From assembly GCA_965263035.1 (NCBI GenBank), contig OZ253580.1, forward strand, positions 2,240,001-2,304,000: a stretch of 64,000 nt of DNA, in the 5' to 3' direction. The notes below the pieces were generated by a model. That model saw nothing but the letters and a program-made list of their open reading frames with translations. It had not been told where the DNA came from and made no database searches. The position numbers and the translations under genes are program-made. Position 1 is the first letter of the stretch; each line of letters starts with the position of its first letter. Shown one piece after another: positions 31,028-41,393 of this stretch. Source of the stretch: Acidobacteriota bacterium (GTDB lineage: Bacteria; Acidobacteriota; UBA6911; RPQK01; JAJDTT01).

Positions 31028-32464
31028 TCAAGCCTCCCGCGGAGGATTCTTGAGGATATCCGAGACGATGCGCGCGCCCGTGATGCTGGCGTTGGTGGGG
31101 GTTTCTTCCCGGCCCTCGTGCCGGACGGTCAGCCGCTTGTGATCGATTCCGAGCTGACGCAGCAGTGTGGCCTGCAGGTCGGCGACCCCGACGCGATTCA
31201 CCGTGGACCGGTAGCCGAACTCGTCGGTCGCTCCGTAGATCAGGCCCTCCTTGAAGCCGCCGCCGGCCAGCCAGAGGCTGAACGCGTTGCGGTTGTGGTC
31301 CCGGCCGTCGGAGTTCTGGGTGGTGGGAAGGCGGCCGAATTCGCCCGCCCACAGCAGGATCGTGCTCTCCATCAAGCCGCGGCTCTTCAGGTCTTTCAGC
31401 AATCCGGCGACCGGCTGGTCGGTCTTGGCGCAGATCTCGCTCAGTTTCTCCCTGAGCTTGGCGTGATTATCCCAGGGCTGTCCCGGTCCCGGATGGATCT
31501 GCACGAACCGGACGCCGGCCTCGATCAGGCGGCGCGCCATCAGGCAGCGCTGGCCGTAGCTGGCGGACACCGGGTTGTCTATCCCGTAGAGCTTCTTCGT
31601 TGCCTCCGATTCCTTGGAGACATCCAGGACGTCCGTCGCGGCCAGTTGCATGCGCGCGGCCAGCTCGTAGTTCTGGATGCGGGCCTCCAACTCCGAATCC
31701 CCAGGGTGGCGGCCCAGATGCAAGCGGTTCAGCTTGGCCAGAGTGTCGAGCTCCGCCCGCTGCGCGCCCGGAGGCGGGGGCACCCGGGGATGCAGGTGCC
31801 GGACCGGGGTCCCGCTGGAACTGAACTCCACCCCCTGGTAGAGCGCCGACAGGAAGCCGCTGGTCCAGAGCTGCTTGCCCAGCGTCGAGTACCCCTCCGG
31901 ATCGCGCAACACCACAAAGGAGGGGAGGTTCTGATTCTCCGTTCCCAGCGCGTACGACACCCAAGCCCCCAGCACCGGCCGTCCCGCGAAGATGCGGCAG
32001 GTCAGTAACATGTGCAGGCCTTCCGAGTGGTTGTTGTGCTCGGTGTGCATGGAGCGGATGAGGCAGATGTCGTCGGCGACGGTCGCCAGGTGAGGAATGG
32101 TTTCGCCCAGTTCCATGCCGCTCTGGCCATGCCGGCTGAACTGGAACGGGCTGGCCAGCAACACGTTGGCATTGTTGGGCTGATGGATCTCGACCCCGTC
32201 CGGGTGCGGCTTTCCGGACCACTTCGTCAGCTCGGGCTTGGGATCGAACAGGTCCATCTGGCTGGGGCCGCCGTTCTGGACGAACTGGATCACCGCCTTC
32301 GCCGGACCCGGAAAGTGGCCGTCCCGCGGCTTCAGGTCGTTGTAGGCGAGGCGGTCCTCTTCGGCTTTCAGCATGCCGCCGAGGGCCACGCTGCCCATGC
32401 CGAGAGCACTCATTTCCAGCAGTTTGCGGCGGGAGATGGTATGCGGAAGAACGTCCCAGATCAT
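31028..32464 (-). CDS. DUF1501 family protein
   Basis: SRRKLL, GGPSQMDLFDPKP, YGLG/ALGTENQNLP, ARRLIEAGVRFVQ, GEFGRLP, GRDHN. Confidence 0.92.
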   Translation of the reverse strand: MIWDVLPHTISRRKLLEMSALGMGSVALGGMLKAEEDRLAYNDLKPRDGHFPGPAKAVIQFVQNGGPSQMDLFDPKPELTKWSGKPHPDGVEIHQPNNANVLLASPFQFSRHGQSGMELGETIPHLATVADDICLIRSMHTEHNNHSEGLHMLLTCRIFAGRPVLGAWVSYALGTENQNLPSFVVLRDPEGYSTLGKQLWTSGFLSALYQGVEFSSSGTPVRHLHPRVPPPPGAQRAELDTLAKLNRLHLGRHPGDSELEARIQNYELAARMQLAATDVLDVSKESEATKKLYGIDNPVSASYGQRCLMARRLIEAGVRFVQIHPGPGQPWDNHAKLREKLSEICAKTDQPVAGLLKDLKSRGLMESTILLWAGEFGRLPTTQNSDGRDHNRNAFSLWLAGGGFKEGLIYGATDEFGYRSTVNRVGVADLQATLLRQLGIDHKRLTVRHEGREETPTNASITGARIVSDILKNPPREA

Positions 32465-32517
32465 GGCTCGAAGTCCCTGAGTCCAGTGGATTTGATCTGT
32501 CCTCAATGCTACGCCGT

Positions 32518-32571
32518 GGAGCGGCGACTTTCCAGCCGCCCAGGAGCGCCGACTTTCTTGCCGCCGATTAG
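32518..32571. repeat. REP family-1 cluster (3' exon side of the intron)
   Basis: GGAGCGGCGACTTTCCAGCCGCC, GGAGCGCCGACTTTCTTGCCGCCG. Confidence 0.75.
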
Positions 32572-33201
32572 ATCGGGTCGAGTGCAGGGGATTGCGCCCC
32601 TGCACCCTCCCACACCACCGGACGTACCGTTTTCAGTATCCGGCGGTTGGAGTCACTCGAGGCTCTTTCGAGCCTCGTAAAGGGCCTTTCTTTCCGGTTT
32701 TCGCCGCCGCTGGGACTTGATCTCCGCCCTTCCGGCTTGACGGGTTCCACCCTTGGGCCTTCCGTGCCGGGTCCGAGGGGCCTCCCCCCGCCCCGTTTCC
32801 GGAGGTAGTTGCGATCCCGCTGACGAGTCCGCCATAGGGCCAGTCCGACTCCTTCGGTCCTTCGCTCCACCGGCATTATCCGGCTTCTTCGCTACTATGA
32901 CCTCTGCTGACTTCTCAAAGGCTCTCACCCTTGAGATCTCCCCGAGTAAGGTGCTGCATCTTTCCCCCCGGGCCGCCCGGCTCTACCTGGTACGTCTGGA
33001 TGGGGTTCGGGTTTCGCTGTTGCTCGCCAGCTCACCGCCCGCACCCGGCCTCGCTGCCGGTTCGTGTTCCTGCGGTCGTGGGTTTGCCTTCCGCTTCCTT
33101 CAGCTTCACCTCGCGGCTACGCCTTGCGGTTCGGCTAGGGTTGGTCCCATCACCTCCCTTGGGATCTTTCATCCCTTAGATACAGCCCATGTCGGGCGCA
33201 C
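32572..33201 (-). ncRNA. ORF-less group II intron, class IIC-like (630 nt)
   Basis: 5' GTGCGCCCGACATGG; domain V AACCGCCGGATACTGAAAACGGTACGTCCGGTGGTGT (CGC triad); domain VI ending CGACCCGAT; no RT ORF between them. Confidence 0.85.
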
Positions 33202-33325
33202 GAGCGGCGACTTTCTTGCCGCCGGACTCCGGTGGAACAAAGGAACAAGGAGGAAACGGGGCAACGGAAGAGTGGGGGACAAGAATGTCCCCCCTCCTGT
33301 CGGGCGATTAGAAATCGCCCCTCCT
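33202..33325. repeat. REP family-1 cluster (5' exon side of the intron)
   Basis: GAGCGGCGACTTTCTTGCCGCC, GGGGACAAGAATGTCCCCCTCC, GGGCGATTAGAAATCGCCCCTCC. Confidence 0.75.
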
Positions 33326-33367
33326 GGTACACTACGGAGCAACCACCTGTCCGGGAGTCGAAGCACT

Positions 33368-34120
33368 ATGAACCACCATCTGAAATTCTTTCTACCCTTG
33401 TCTTTGCTCTGGCTGTCCGCCTGCAACGTGACGGTCCCCGACAACCCCTCCCAGCCTGATCCTCCCGAACGCGGCCCGCGCACCCAGCCCGGCACCGCCA
33501 TGGGGATCTACGCCCCGAAACAGCACGACCTGTACGACGGCCGCTTCATCATCTCGGGGGGCCGCATCTACCAGGTCGGCACGCTGAACGACGAGAGCCC
33601 GTGGGACCATATGGGCAATGACGGATCGAACCTGAGGCCGGTGGAGGGCACGGTCGATTTCGACGTCGACGAGATCAACAACACGGGAACCTTCCGGGCC
33701 GAACTCCAATTGCCCGAGGGCAGCTACGTCATCGACCTGGAGGAATTCAAGGAATTCTCACCGTGTCAGGACGGCGGCATCGCGGCGTGGCTGTTCGAGC
33801 ACGGCGACTCCGGATGCGGCGATGCCAATTGGCCCAAGAGCATCCTCTACGTGGCCGGCTGGGGGATCGGCTCCGCCACCTTGAACGGCGAGCCGCTCTA
33901 CCAGGACTACCAGATCCATTTCATGGTCACCCAGGGCATGCGCGACCGGAACCTGGTGGCTCGCTATCCTCTCGACGGGAAAAATTCAGAGGCCGGCGCC
34001 GTCAACCCGGCCCTCCAGCAACTGGATTTCTACATCCGCAGTCCCAAAACCAATGAGGCCAACCATCCCAAGCGGGAAGTGTTCGACCACTTCTTCGCCA
34101 TGGAAGTCACCTGGAAATAG
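33368..34120 (+). CDS. Hypothetical lipoprotein
   Basis: Lipobox LSAC after a hydrophobic signal; strong GC3 coding bias. Confidence 0.8.
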   Translation: MNHHLKFFLPLSLLWLSACNVTVPDNPSQPDPPERGPRTQPGTAMGIYAPKQHDLYDGRFIISGGRIYQVGTLNDESPWDHMGNDGSNLRPVEGTVDFDVDEINNTGTFRAELQLPEGSYVIDLEEFKEFSPCQDGGIAAWLFEHGDSGCGDANWPKSILYVAGWGIGSATLNGEPLYQDYQIHFMVTQGMRDRNLVARYPLDGKNSEAGAVNPALQQLDFYIRSPKTNEANHPKREVFDHFFAMEVTWK

Positions 34121-34195
34121 CACCGCCGGCCGCTCCGGAGGCGGGTTCCGCTTGCTCGTTGCTTCTGACTGCTGATTCATCAGGTAACAGAAGAG

Positions 34196-36229
34196 ATGAG
34201 ATTCACATTACTCCTTGTCTTTTTCCTTCATCCGGCGTTTGCCTTCGCGCAGACCACCGAGCAGGTGGGCGCGATCCTCGAACTGCCGGTTCAATCTCCC
34301 GAGACCGTCGAGTTCCAGTTGCGCCAGTACCTGATGGAACGCGTGCCTCCCCTGCCCACTCCTGGAAACGCCCGGGAATGGGAGACCGAAGCTCGGAAAT
34401 TGAGAGAACGGGTCCTGAAAGACGTGATCTTCCACGGTTGGCCTCCCCGCTGGGTGGAAGCGGAGCCCAGATTTGAAGATCTGGGAATCATCGCCTCGGG
34501 GAGGGGCTACCGGTTGCGCGGACTTCGCTACGAGATCCTCCCCGGTTTCCAGACGACGGCCCTCCTCTATGAGCCGGAGAACCTGACCGGGAAGGTCCCT
34601 GCCATCGTCAATGTGAACGGCCACACGCCCGTTGGCAATGCGAGCGGTTACAAGCAGATCCGCTGCATCAACTACGCACTGCGAGGCATGCTGGCCCTGA
34701 GTTTGGAATGGTTCAACTGCGGGGAACTGTACCTGCCCGGGAACGATCACTGGTACGGCGGCCACTTGAATCTGGCGGGCATGAGCGCCACCGGCCTTTT
34801 TTATCTGGCCATGCGCAAGGGCTTGGACTACCTGGAACGTCACCCTCATGTCGATCGGGGTCGCCTGGGGGTCACGGGCCTGTCCGGGGGAGCCTGGCAA
34901 ACCGGGGTCTTGAGCGGACTGGATGAACGGGTTGCCGCTGCCGCCCCGGTCTCCGGGTATTTCGCGTTCCTCTCGGCGATCGAGCGGAACGCCGATGTGG
35001 GGGACATGGAGTACAACCCGCCCGACCTGGGCATCGATTACACTCATCTCACCGCCCTGCGGGCGCCACGCCCCACCTTGCTGATGTTCTCCGCCGAGGA
35101 CAATTATTACGTGGGCCGGGCGGCCCTCACCAAACCCTACCTCTACGACCAGATCAGGCCCTTCTTCCGGTTGTTCGGGAAAGAGGAGGCCTTTGAATGG
35201 CACGAGAACACCGACCCGGGAACGCATAACTACGAGCTGGACAATCGCCAACAGTCCTATCGCTTTTTCAGCCACCACTTCGGATTGCCCGTGCAAGCCG
35301 GGGAGATCCCGGTGGATGCGGAGGTCAAGACCGCCCAAGAGCTGAAGCTGGGAATCCCCGAGGACAATCTCACCATCCTGGCTCTGGCTCGAAAGCTGGC
35401 CGGAGAGATCGAACACGAGTCTCCACCCGGCAACCTGGAGAGGAGACGAGCCTGGGTCGGACGCAAGAGACAACGGCTCCAGGAAGTGGTGCGTTATCGC
35501 TCTCGGAGCGTCAAACACCCCTGGGGCGTGGCCAATACCAAGAAGAGGGGACTCGAGAGTGTTTCCTACCGTCTCCAATTCGACAACGATCTCAGCGCCT
35601 CGGCAATCTGGCTGAAGGCGATTGCCAGCCCCCCGGATGCTCCCGCAACCATAGTTCTGCACGACCGGGGGTTTGCAGCGGCGGCGTCACAGGTTTCCGA
35701 GCTCTTGAATCAAGGTGGTCAGGTCCTGGCGCTGGATCTGATCTTCACCGGCAATGCCGCCCCTGAAGGCCCGTTGAGACCCGAGGGTTCACGGGCCAAC
35801 GATCGTGCCCTGAATCAACTTCTCGAGGAAAGCAGGAATGAATCGATGGCCTCCTGGATGGTCAGCCGGCCTCCTTCGGCTCTGTACGGACAACTGATCG
35901 CCCCCCTGGGAGAGCGCCCGCTCGGCATTCGGGCTGCCCAGTTGGTGGCCGCGGCCCGCTGGCTGGAAGAGACGACGGGCACCCGCCGCATCCGTCTGGA
36001 GGGCAGCGGCATCCGCAGTCAAGTGGTTGCCCTGATCGCCGCGGCCCTGAAACCCGAGCTGTTTTCGCAGGTTCGGATTCACCAGGGGATGGACAGCCTG
36101 AGCCATTTGTACGCCGTTCCCGTCACCTATCAGCAGGCTCCCGACCTTTTCTGCCGGGATCTCTACAAGGAGTTCGACCTGGATCAGCTCGAGGTTCTGG
36201 CCCAGCCCACGGAGATTCTTCGAGAGTGA
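34196..36229 (+). CDS. Secreted alpha/beta hydrolase (acetylxylan esterase-like)
   Basis: Signal peptide, VNVNGH, GLDYL..HPHVD..RLGVTGLSGGAWQT nucleophile motif, PRPTLL, THNY. Confidence 0.85.
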   Translation: MRFTLLLVFFLHPAFAFAQTTEQVGAILELPVQSPETVEFQLRQYLMERVPPLPTPGNAREWETEARKLRERVLKDVIFHGWPPRWVEAEPRFEDLGIIASGRGYRLRGLRYEILPGFQTTALLYEPENLTGKVPAIVNVNGHTPVGNASGYKQIRCINYALRGMLALSLEWFNCGELYLPGNDHWYGGHLNLAGMSATGLFYLAMRKGLDYLERHPHVDRGRLGVTGLSGGAWQTGVLSGLDERVAAAAPVSGYFAFLSAIERNADVGDMEYNPPDLGIDYTHLTALRAPRPTLLMFSAEDNYYVGRAALTKPYLYDQIRPFFRLFGKEEAFEWHENTDPGTHNYELDNRQQSYRFFSHHFGLPVQAGEIPVDAEVKTAQELKLGIPEDNLTILALARKLAGEIEHESPPGNLERRRAWVGRKRQRLQEVVRYRSRSVKHPWGVANTKKRGLESVSYRLQFDNDLSASAIWLKAIASPPDAPATIVLHDRGFAAAASQVSELLNQGGQVLALDLIFTGNAAPEGPLRPEGSRANDRALNQLLEESRNESMASWMVSRPPSALYGQLIAPLGERPLGIRAAQLVAAARWLEETTGTRRIRLEGSGIRSQVVALIAAALKPELFSQVRIHQGMDSLSHLYAVPVTYQQAPDLFCRDLYKEFDLDQLEVLAQPTEILRE

Positions 36230-36232
36230 AAT

Positions 36233-36301
36233 GGGAGCGGGGGTTTGTAACCCCCGATTCCGGGTCGGTTTTGAAGAGGGGGACAGAATGTCCCCCCTCC
36301 C
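36233..36301. repeat. REP family-1 doublet
   Basis: GGGAGCGGGGGTTTGTAACCCCC ... GGGGGACAGAATGTCCCCCTCC. Confidence 0.6.
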
Positions 36302-36398
36302 ATCCCCCCTCCCAGGGTGCCCGTATTTGCCTTTCTAGGAAGGTTAAAAGGTGGAACGGAGCCCAGTCGGTCCATCTCGACTGTCAAGGAGAATACGA

Positions 36399-38177
36399 AT
36401 GCGCCACCTGATCATCGGACTGTTGCTGCTGGTGCCCGGCGGGGTCTTGGCGCAGGACCGTCCCAACGTCATCCTGATCCTGACCGATGACCAGGGCTAC
36501 GGCGACCTGGGCAGCCAGGGAAATCCCTTCATTCAAACGCCCCACCTCGACCAGTTCTACGCCGAAAGCGTTCGCCTCTCGGATTTCCATGTCGACCCGG
36601 TCTGCACGCCGACCCGGGCGGCATTGTTGACCGGGCGCTACTCCATTCGCACCGGGGCCTGGCGGACGGGGGCCGGGCGGGCCTTCCTGCGGCGGGACGA
36701 GGTCACCCTTGCCGATGTTTTTGCAGCGGCGGGCTATCGCACCGGCATGTTTGGGAAATGGCACCTCGGAGACAATTTCCCCTACCGGCCACATGATCGT
36801 GGCTTCCAGGAGGCCGTGTGGCACCGCCATGGCGCCATTGGGATGTCAGGGGATGCCTGGGGAAACGACTACCTCGACGACATCTACCAGCGGAATGGCG
36901 AGCGTGAGCAATTCACCGGGTACTGCACCGACGTATTCTTCGACGAAGCCTTCAAGTTCATGGAGGTGAACCGGGACAGGCCCTTTTTCGTGTACCTGTC
37001 GACCAACGCACCGCACAATCCTTACATCGTACCGGATCAGTATTCCGCGCCTTATCGGAGCAAAGGACTGTCTGCCCAACTGGCCAACTTCATGGGGATG
37101 GTCACCAACATCGACGAGAACGTGGGCCGGTTGCTGAGGAAACTGAAGGAATGGGATCTGGAAGACAACACCATCTTGATCTTCATGACCGATAACGGAG
37201 CCCTCGGCGGCATCCGAATGGAAAACGGAGATTCTGATGGTTTTCCGCTCGAGCCATGGAGCCGCTTCGGGGCCAACCTGCGGGGGCGAAAAGGGTCGCC
37301 TTACGAAGGAGGCCACCGGGTCCCCTTTTTCCTGCGCTGGCCGCAAGGCGGTCTGGGTGGAGGAAAAGATGTTGCGGGGTTGACGTCTCACATTGACGTG
37401 ATGCCGACCTTGATGGAGTTTTGCGGCGTAGAGAGTTCCTCGCCGGTACAATTCGACGGCGTCAGTCTGGCACAGCTTCTCCGCGGGCAGGCGTCGTCCA
37501 GTGAACGGACGCTGTTCGTCGCGCACCTGGGCGGCAGCTACGCGAATCCTACCTTCGAGTTGCTCCCCTACGATATTTCCGCCGTCCTGACGACCCGCTG
37601 GCGCCTGGTCTTTGGCAAGGAGCTTTACGACATCACGCGCGACCCCATGCAGAGAACAGACGTTGCCGCTCATCATCCACAGATTGTGAGGGAATTGAGG
37701 AAGGAATACGATCGCTGGTTTTCTGACGTCACCCGAAGGATTTCCGAACCCTGCCGAATCGTGCTGGGCGACCCGGCTGAAAACCCCGTCCACCTGAATC
37801 TGCAGGACTGGTACATGTCGAAAGGGAATGCTCCCTGGTATCAGAGGCCTTTTGGGCCGTATGTATACGTTGCCAGTACTCCGGCGCCCTATGTGAACGG
37901 AAAATGGATGGTGGACGTCGCGCAATCCGGCCGCTATGAGATCACGCTTCGACAACTTCCGAGCGAGGCGGCCTTTGTGATCCAGGCCGACGAGGCTCGG
38001 ATGAAGGTTGGGAATTTGGACAAGACCAGGGCGGTCCCCGATGGCGTCACGGCCGTGAAGTTTGCGGTGGAGCTCAGTGCCGGGCCGCAGTCCTTGCAGA
38101 CGTGGTTCACCCAGGCCGGCGGCAAATCCCGCGGAGCCTTTTACGTCGAGGTCCGACGGGTGGATGACGCGGGTTGA
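36399..38177 (+). CDS. Arylsulfatase (S1, Cys-type)
   Basis: PNVILILTDDQGYGD, CTPTRAALLTG, GKWHLG, FMTDNG, RGRKGSPYEGGHRVP. Confidence 0.95.
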   Translation: MRHLIIGLLLLVPGGVLAQDRPNVILILTDDQGYGDLGSQGNPFIQTPHLDQFYAESVRLSDFHVDPVCTPTRAALLTGRYSIRTGAWRTGAGRAFLRRDEVTLADVFAAAGYRTGMFGKWHLGDNFPYRPHDRGFQEAVWHRHGAIGMSGDAWGNDYLDDIYQRNGEREQFTGYCTDVFFDEAFKFMEVNRDRPFFVYLSTNAPHNPYIVPDQYSAPYRSKGLSAQLANFMGMVTNIDENVGRLLRKLKEWDLEDNTILIFMTDNGALGGIRMENGDSDGFPLEPWSRFGANLRGRKGSPYEGGHRVPFFLRWPQGGLGGGKDVAGLTSHIDVMPTLMEFCGVESSSPVQFDGVSLAQLLRGQASSSERTLFVAHLGGSYANPTFELLPYDISAVLTTRWRLVFGKELYDITRDPMQRTDVAAHHPQIVRELRKEYDRWFSDVTRRISEPCRIVLGDPAENPVHLNLQDWYMSKGNAPWYQRPFGPYVYVASTPAPYVNGKWMVDVAQSGRYEITLRQLPSEAAFVIQADEARMKVGNLDKTRAVPDGVTAVKFAVELSAGPQSLQTWFTQAGGKSRGAFYVEVRRVDDAG

Positions 38178-38298
38178 GATGGTCTACGTCTTCAGTAATT
38201 GTTCCCTGAGAAGGGGACAGTCACGTTCTCGCCCCGTTCAGGACACAAAGCGGAGCGGCAAAAGACGGGAGAAGGGGGACAGTCAGTTTCCGCCCCGG

Positions 38299-40299
38299 TC
38301 AGGACACGCCTGCGCCCAGCAGGAAGTTGATTTCGTCACTCAACTTCTGCGTCAGGTCCACGTCCGAATCGAACCCCACGTGGCGGTACTGAATCCGGCC
38401 TTCCCGCCCGATGAGCACGATCGTCGGTATCGCTGACACTCCGAATTCATCGTCGACCTTGCCGTCTCTGGCGACCGGAAAATCGTATTCGTTCTTCTTC
38501 ATGAACCTGCGGACCATGTCCGCATCCTCGTCCACGCTGACGGCGAGAAAAACGACTTCAGGCCGGTCCGACCACCGATCGACCGTCGCCTGGAACTGGG
38601 GAAGTTCCTCGACACACGGTCCGCACCACGTAGCCCAGAAATCGAGGACCACGACCTTTCCCTTGAGATCCGCCGATCTGACGCTTTCGCCACCCAGAGT
38701 CTTCAGATTGATTTCCGGTGCCTCGCCCGAGGAAAGCCCGCGCGCCCGCAGTATTGCCTCGTCCAGACTGAGCGCGGTTGGAGCGCCAACAGCCACGCTC
38801 CCTTCGGTCTTGGCCTGAGTCACGTGGTCCAGGACATACTGGTTCAGACCGTCAATCGAACCGTGCACCTTTGCGAACAGGGATTCCAGGGGTTTCCGCG
38901 CAGGATCGTGCAGATATTCAATCAGGGAACTCGCGTAGTGCTTCAGTGCCTCCTGGTGCTGCCCGGTGACTTCGTACGCGGCGGCAAGTTCAAGATGGAT
39001 CAGGTCCCCCGCTCGATCCCACACGCCTACCACGGGCAGAAGCACGGCGATTGCCTCCTGGTGTCTCCGATTCTTGTTGAGCACCTTGCCCAACTCGTAG
39101 GAAACCCCGGTTCGCACTTGTCCCCCCACTTCTTCCAACAGCTCACGGCTCGGCTCACTGCTGGTGAATAGAACGGTCCCGTGGACACTGTCCGGGTTCG
39201 CGAAATCGAGGGCTCGTTCAAGGAACCGGATGGCAAGCTCCGTCTGCCCCTCCTTCGCGTAGTGGACTGCGACTTGCGTGTATGCCATCGGATTCGGATA
39301 TCCCGATTCCAGGAGTTCCTGCACAAGTTCCTCTTCCTTCCGAGCCTCTCCAGACTTCCAATAGAGATTGAACAAGGCTTGGTAAGCATAATTCTTGAGC
39401 CTCTTGTCATCCGGGATTTCTTCTTTCTCCAGGCACTCCCGGGCGAGGGCTTCCGTCTTCTCCGGATCCGTTTCCACGTAGTGTTTCAAGAGGTAATCGT
39501 AGACGTGCACAATATTGGGACCCGTGGGGTAATCTTCGATGAAGCGATTCCAGAGCCGGACCTTCTGGTCCTGGTCCTCCAGGGATTCCGCCATCTCGTA
39601 CAGGGCAAGGCCCCCATTGCGGGGGTCGGATCTGAACCGCTCATAGATTTGCTGCAAGAGACTTGCGGCGTCGGTGTCCCGCTCAGCCTTCTCGTAGGCG
39701 CGCATGAGACCCCAATAACCGCGGGCGACGTCCGGCAACTCTGAGATCATCTTCCGGTAGGCGGCGATTTCGTTCTCCCGGCGGCCCATGCGACCGAAAG
39801 TTCGCGCCAGTCCCCGATGGCCCAGTTCACTCGTGGGCTCAAGGGCAAGGACCCTCTGGTAGTTGGTCAATGCCTGGTCGAAGGACCGGCGGTCTTCCAG
39901 CAACTCACCCAGACCCAGGTAGCCCCAGGGGGAGCCGGGATCCAACACGATCGCCTTCTCGTAATGGGCCTGCTTCGCGTCGCCCTCGGCGACTTCGCCG
40001 AGCAGGTAGTGGAAGACGGCACTGTCCGGATTCTCCTGGACGCGCCATTCGTACTCTTGGCGCAGCAGTTCCTTGTCTTCCGTGAGGCGGATGATCTCGC
40101 GGTGCGCTTCGGTGAACTCCGGGTCGTGTTCGACCGCTTGCCTGCAAAGCTCCAAAATTCGATCGGAATCGTCTCCACGATCGAGAGACATGGCCTCCAG
40201 ATAGAACCTCTGGGCCGTCTGCGGATCAGGAGTAGTAGTGCCGGTGCAGGATAAGCCGATGACAAGAAGTGGGCAGCAGAAAACCTGGATCAGCCTCAT
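38299..40299 (-). CDS. TPR-repeat lipoprotein with C-terminal TlpA/ResA thioredoxin domain
   Basis: Lipobox LSC, TPR helices, VLDFWATWCGPC. Confidence 0.88.
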   Translation of the reverse strand: MRLIQVFCCPLLVIGLSCTGTTTPDPQTAQRFYLEAMSLDRGDDSDRILELCRQAVEHDPEFTEAHREIIRLTEDKELLRQEYEWRVQENPDSAVFHYLLGEVAEGDAKQAHYEKAIVLDPGSPWGYLGLGELLEDRRSFDQALTNYQRVLALEPTSELGHRGLARTFGRMGRRENEIAAYRKMISELPDVARGYWGLMRAYEKAERDTDAASLLQQIYERFRSDPRNGGLALYEMAESLEDQDQKVRLWNRFIEDYPTGPNIVHVYDYLLKHYVETDPEKTEALARECLEKEEIPDDKRLKNYAYQALFNLYWKSGEARKEEELVQELLESGYPNPMAYTQVAVHYAKEGQTELAIRFLERALDFANPDSVHGTVLFTSSEPSRELLEEVGGQVRTGVSYELGKVLNKNRRHQEAIAVLLPVVGVWDRAGDLIHLELAAAYEVTGQHQEALKHYASSLIEYLHDPARKPLESLFAKVHGSIDGLNQYVLDHVTQAKTEGSVAVGAPTALSLDEAILRARGLSSGEAPEINLKTLGGESVRSADLKGKVVVLDFWATWCGPCVEELPQFQATVDRWSDRPEVVFLAVSVDEDADMVRRFMKKNEYDFPVARDGKVDDEFGVSAIPTIVLIGREGRIQYRHVGFDSDVDLTQKLSDEINFLLGAGVS

Positions 40300-40833
40300 G
40301 GTAGACCTCCGTAGCAGTCTGTAGCGCCGGTCCTGGGCAGGTGGGAACCGGTGTGAAAGCCAGTTGTGTCCAAGATAGCACCATGGACATCGGGGAGGTA
40401 CTGGCCGGAAAACGGCACGTCGTTTGTACGTGAAAATTCCGTTCTATTGGCACGTGTTCGATCCGGACAACGAGCTGGGATGGAGCTGTACCTGTCGCCC
40501 GCCGTGGAGCAGGCGGTGAGTGGACAGATCCACCAGGTTCAGGAGAGTGGCTCTCTTGACGCGTCCACAGTACTTCTCCTCGGTCTCGACGGTGAGAAGT
40601 TGCTTACCGTTGATCGTATTCCCTCTCCTCCATTGTGGTTCTCCTCTGGTACTCGACCTGATCGGTAGATTGCGCCACCCCTTTTTGATGTCGTAAAAGG
40701 GCATGGAGGTTCACTTTGGGGGCGAGGATCACCCGGATAGAGAAGGCAACTGGCCCCTTCTCCCCAACCTCTTGCAGATTCGCGTCAGATAAGGCTGCCA
40801 AACCGAGATAGGTTGGCGGTCACCACTTGCCGA

Positions 40834-41294
40834 TCACAGAATAGCGTTCAAGTCGTCAAGGAGTACCATCCGGTCATCCAGCTCCTGGACTTGATCGGCA
40901 AGACGCTTGGCCCTTGAAATCAGATCCTGTGCTGCCTGTCTCTCTCCCTGCAACGCCTTGGCGCGTGCGCTCGCCTCGTAGCCATAGCCGACATAGTAGG
41001 GAGGCAGATCGTTGGTCTCACCGACCTCGACACATCGCTGCGCGAAGTATTCCGCACGCTCCGGAAGTCCCGCAACGGCGTAGACACGAGCCAGCTGCCA
41101 GGTCCCAATTGCGATGTTCAATGGTGTGTGATCCTCAACCTGATTCCAATGCCAGAAGGAAGCATGGGACACACGTGAATCATCTCTTCAGCTTCGTTGG
41201 CGCTGAGCTCCGGCTTACGCAGGTACTCCCACGTCTTGTTGAAGCAGGAAGCGGCCAACCTGCGGTGAGTCAGATTGTCTGATTGATCGTTCAT
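40834..41294 (-). pseudogene. Helical hypothetical protein, frameshifted by an extra GT near 41172
   Basis: MNDQSDNLTHRRLAASCFNKTWEYL...EEMIHV, then a shifted frame SHASFWHW...WQLARVYA. Confidence 0.7.
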
Positions 41295-41393
41295 GTCGTC
41301 TCCAATGCATGGGCTTGGAACGAGCGCCTGTGAAAAAAGGTGACAGACGAGCGGAGAACGTCGGGAGAACGTGACTATTCCCTTTTCGCTCGA

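Noticed and set aside
32753-33367. N-terminal extension of the 455-aa ORF, or a possible intron-encoded protein
   Set aside because: It is antisense to the intron and REPs and has no RT motifs; the lipoprotein signal starts at 33368.
40366-40735. Short ORFs between the TPR-redoxin gene and hairpin 40740
   Set aside because: No recognisable motif or convincing start; may be decayed DNA but cannot be assigned.
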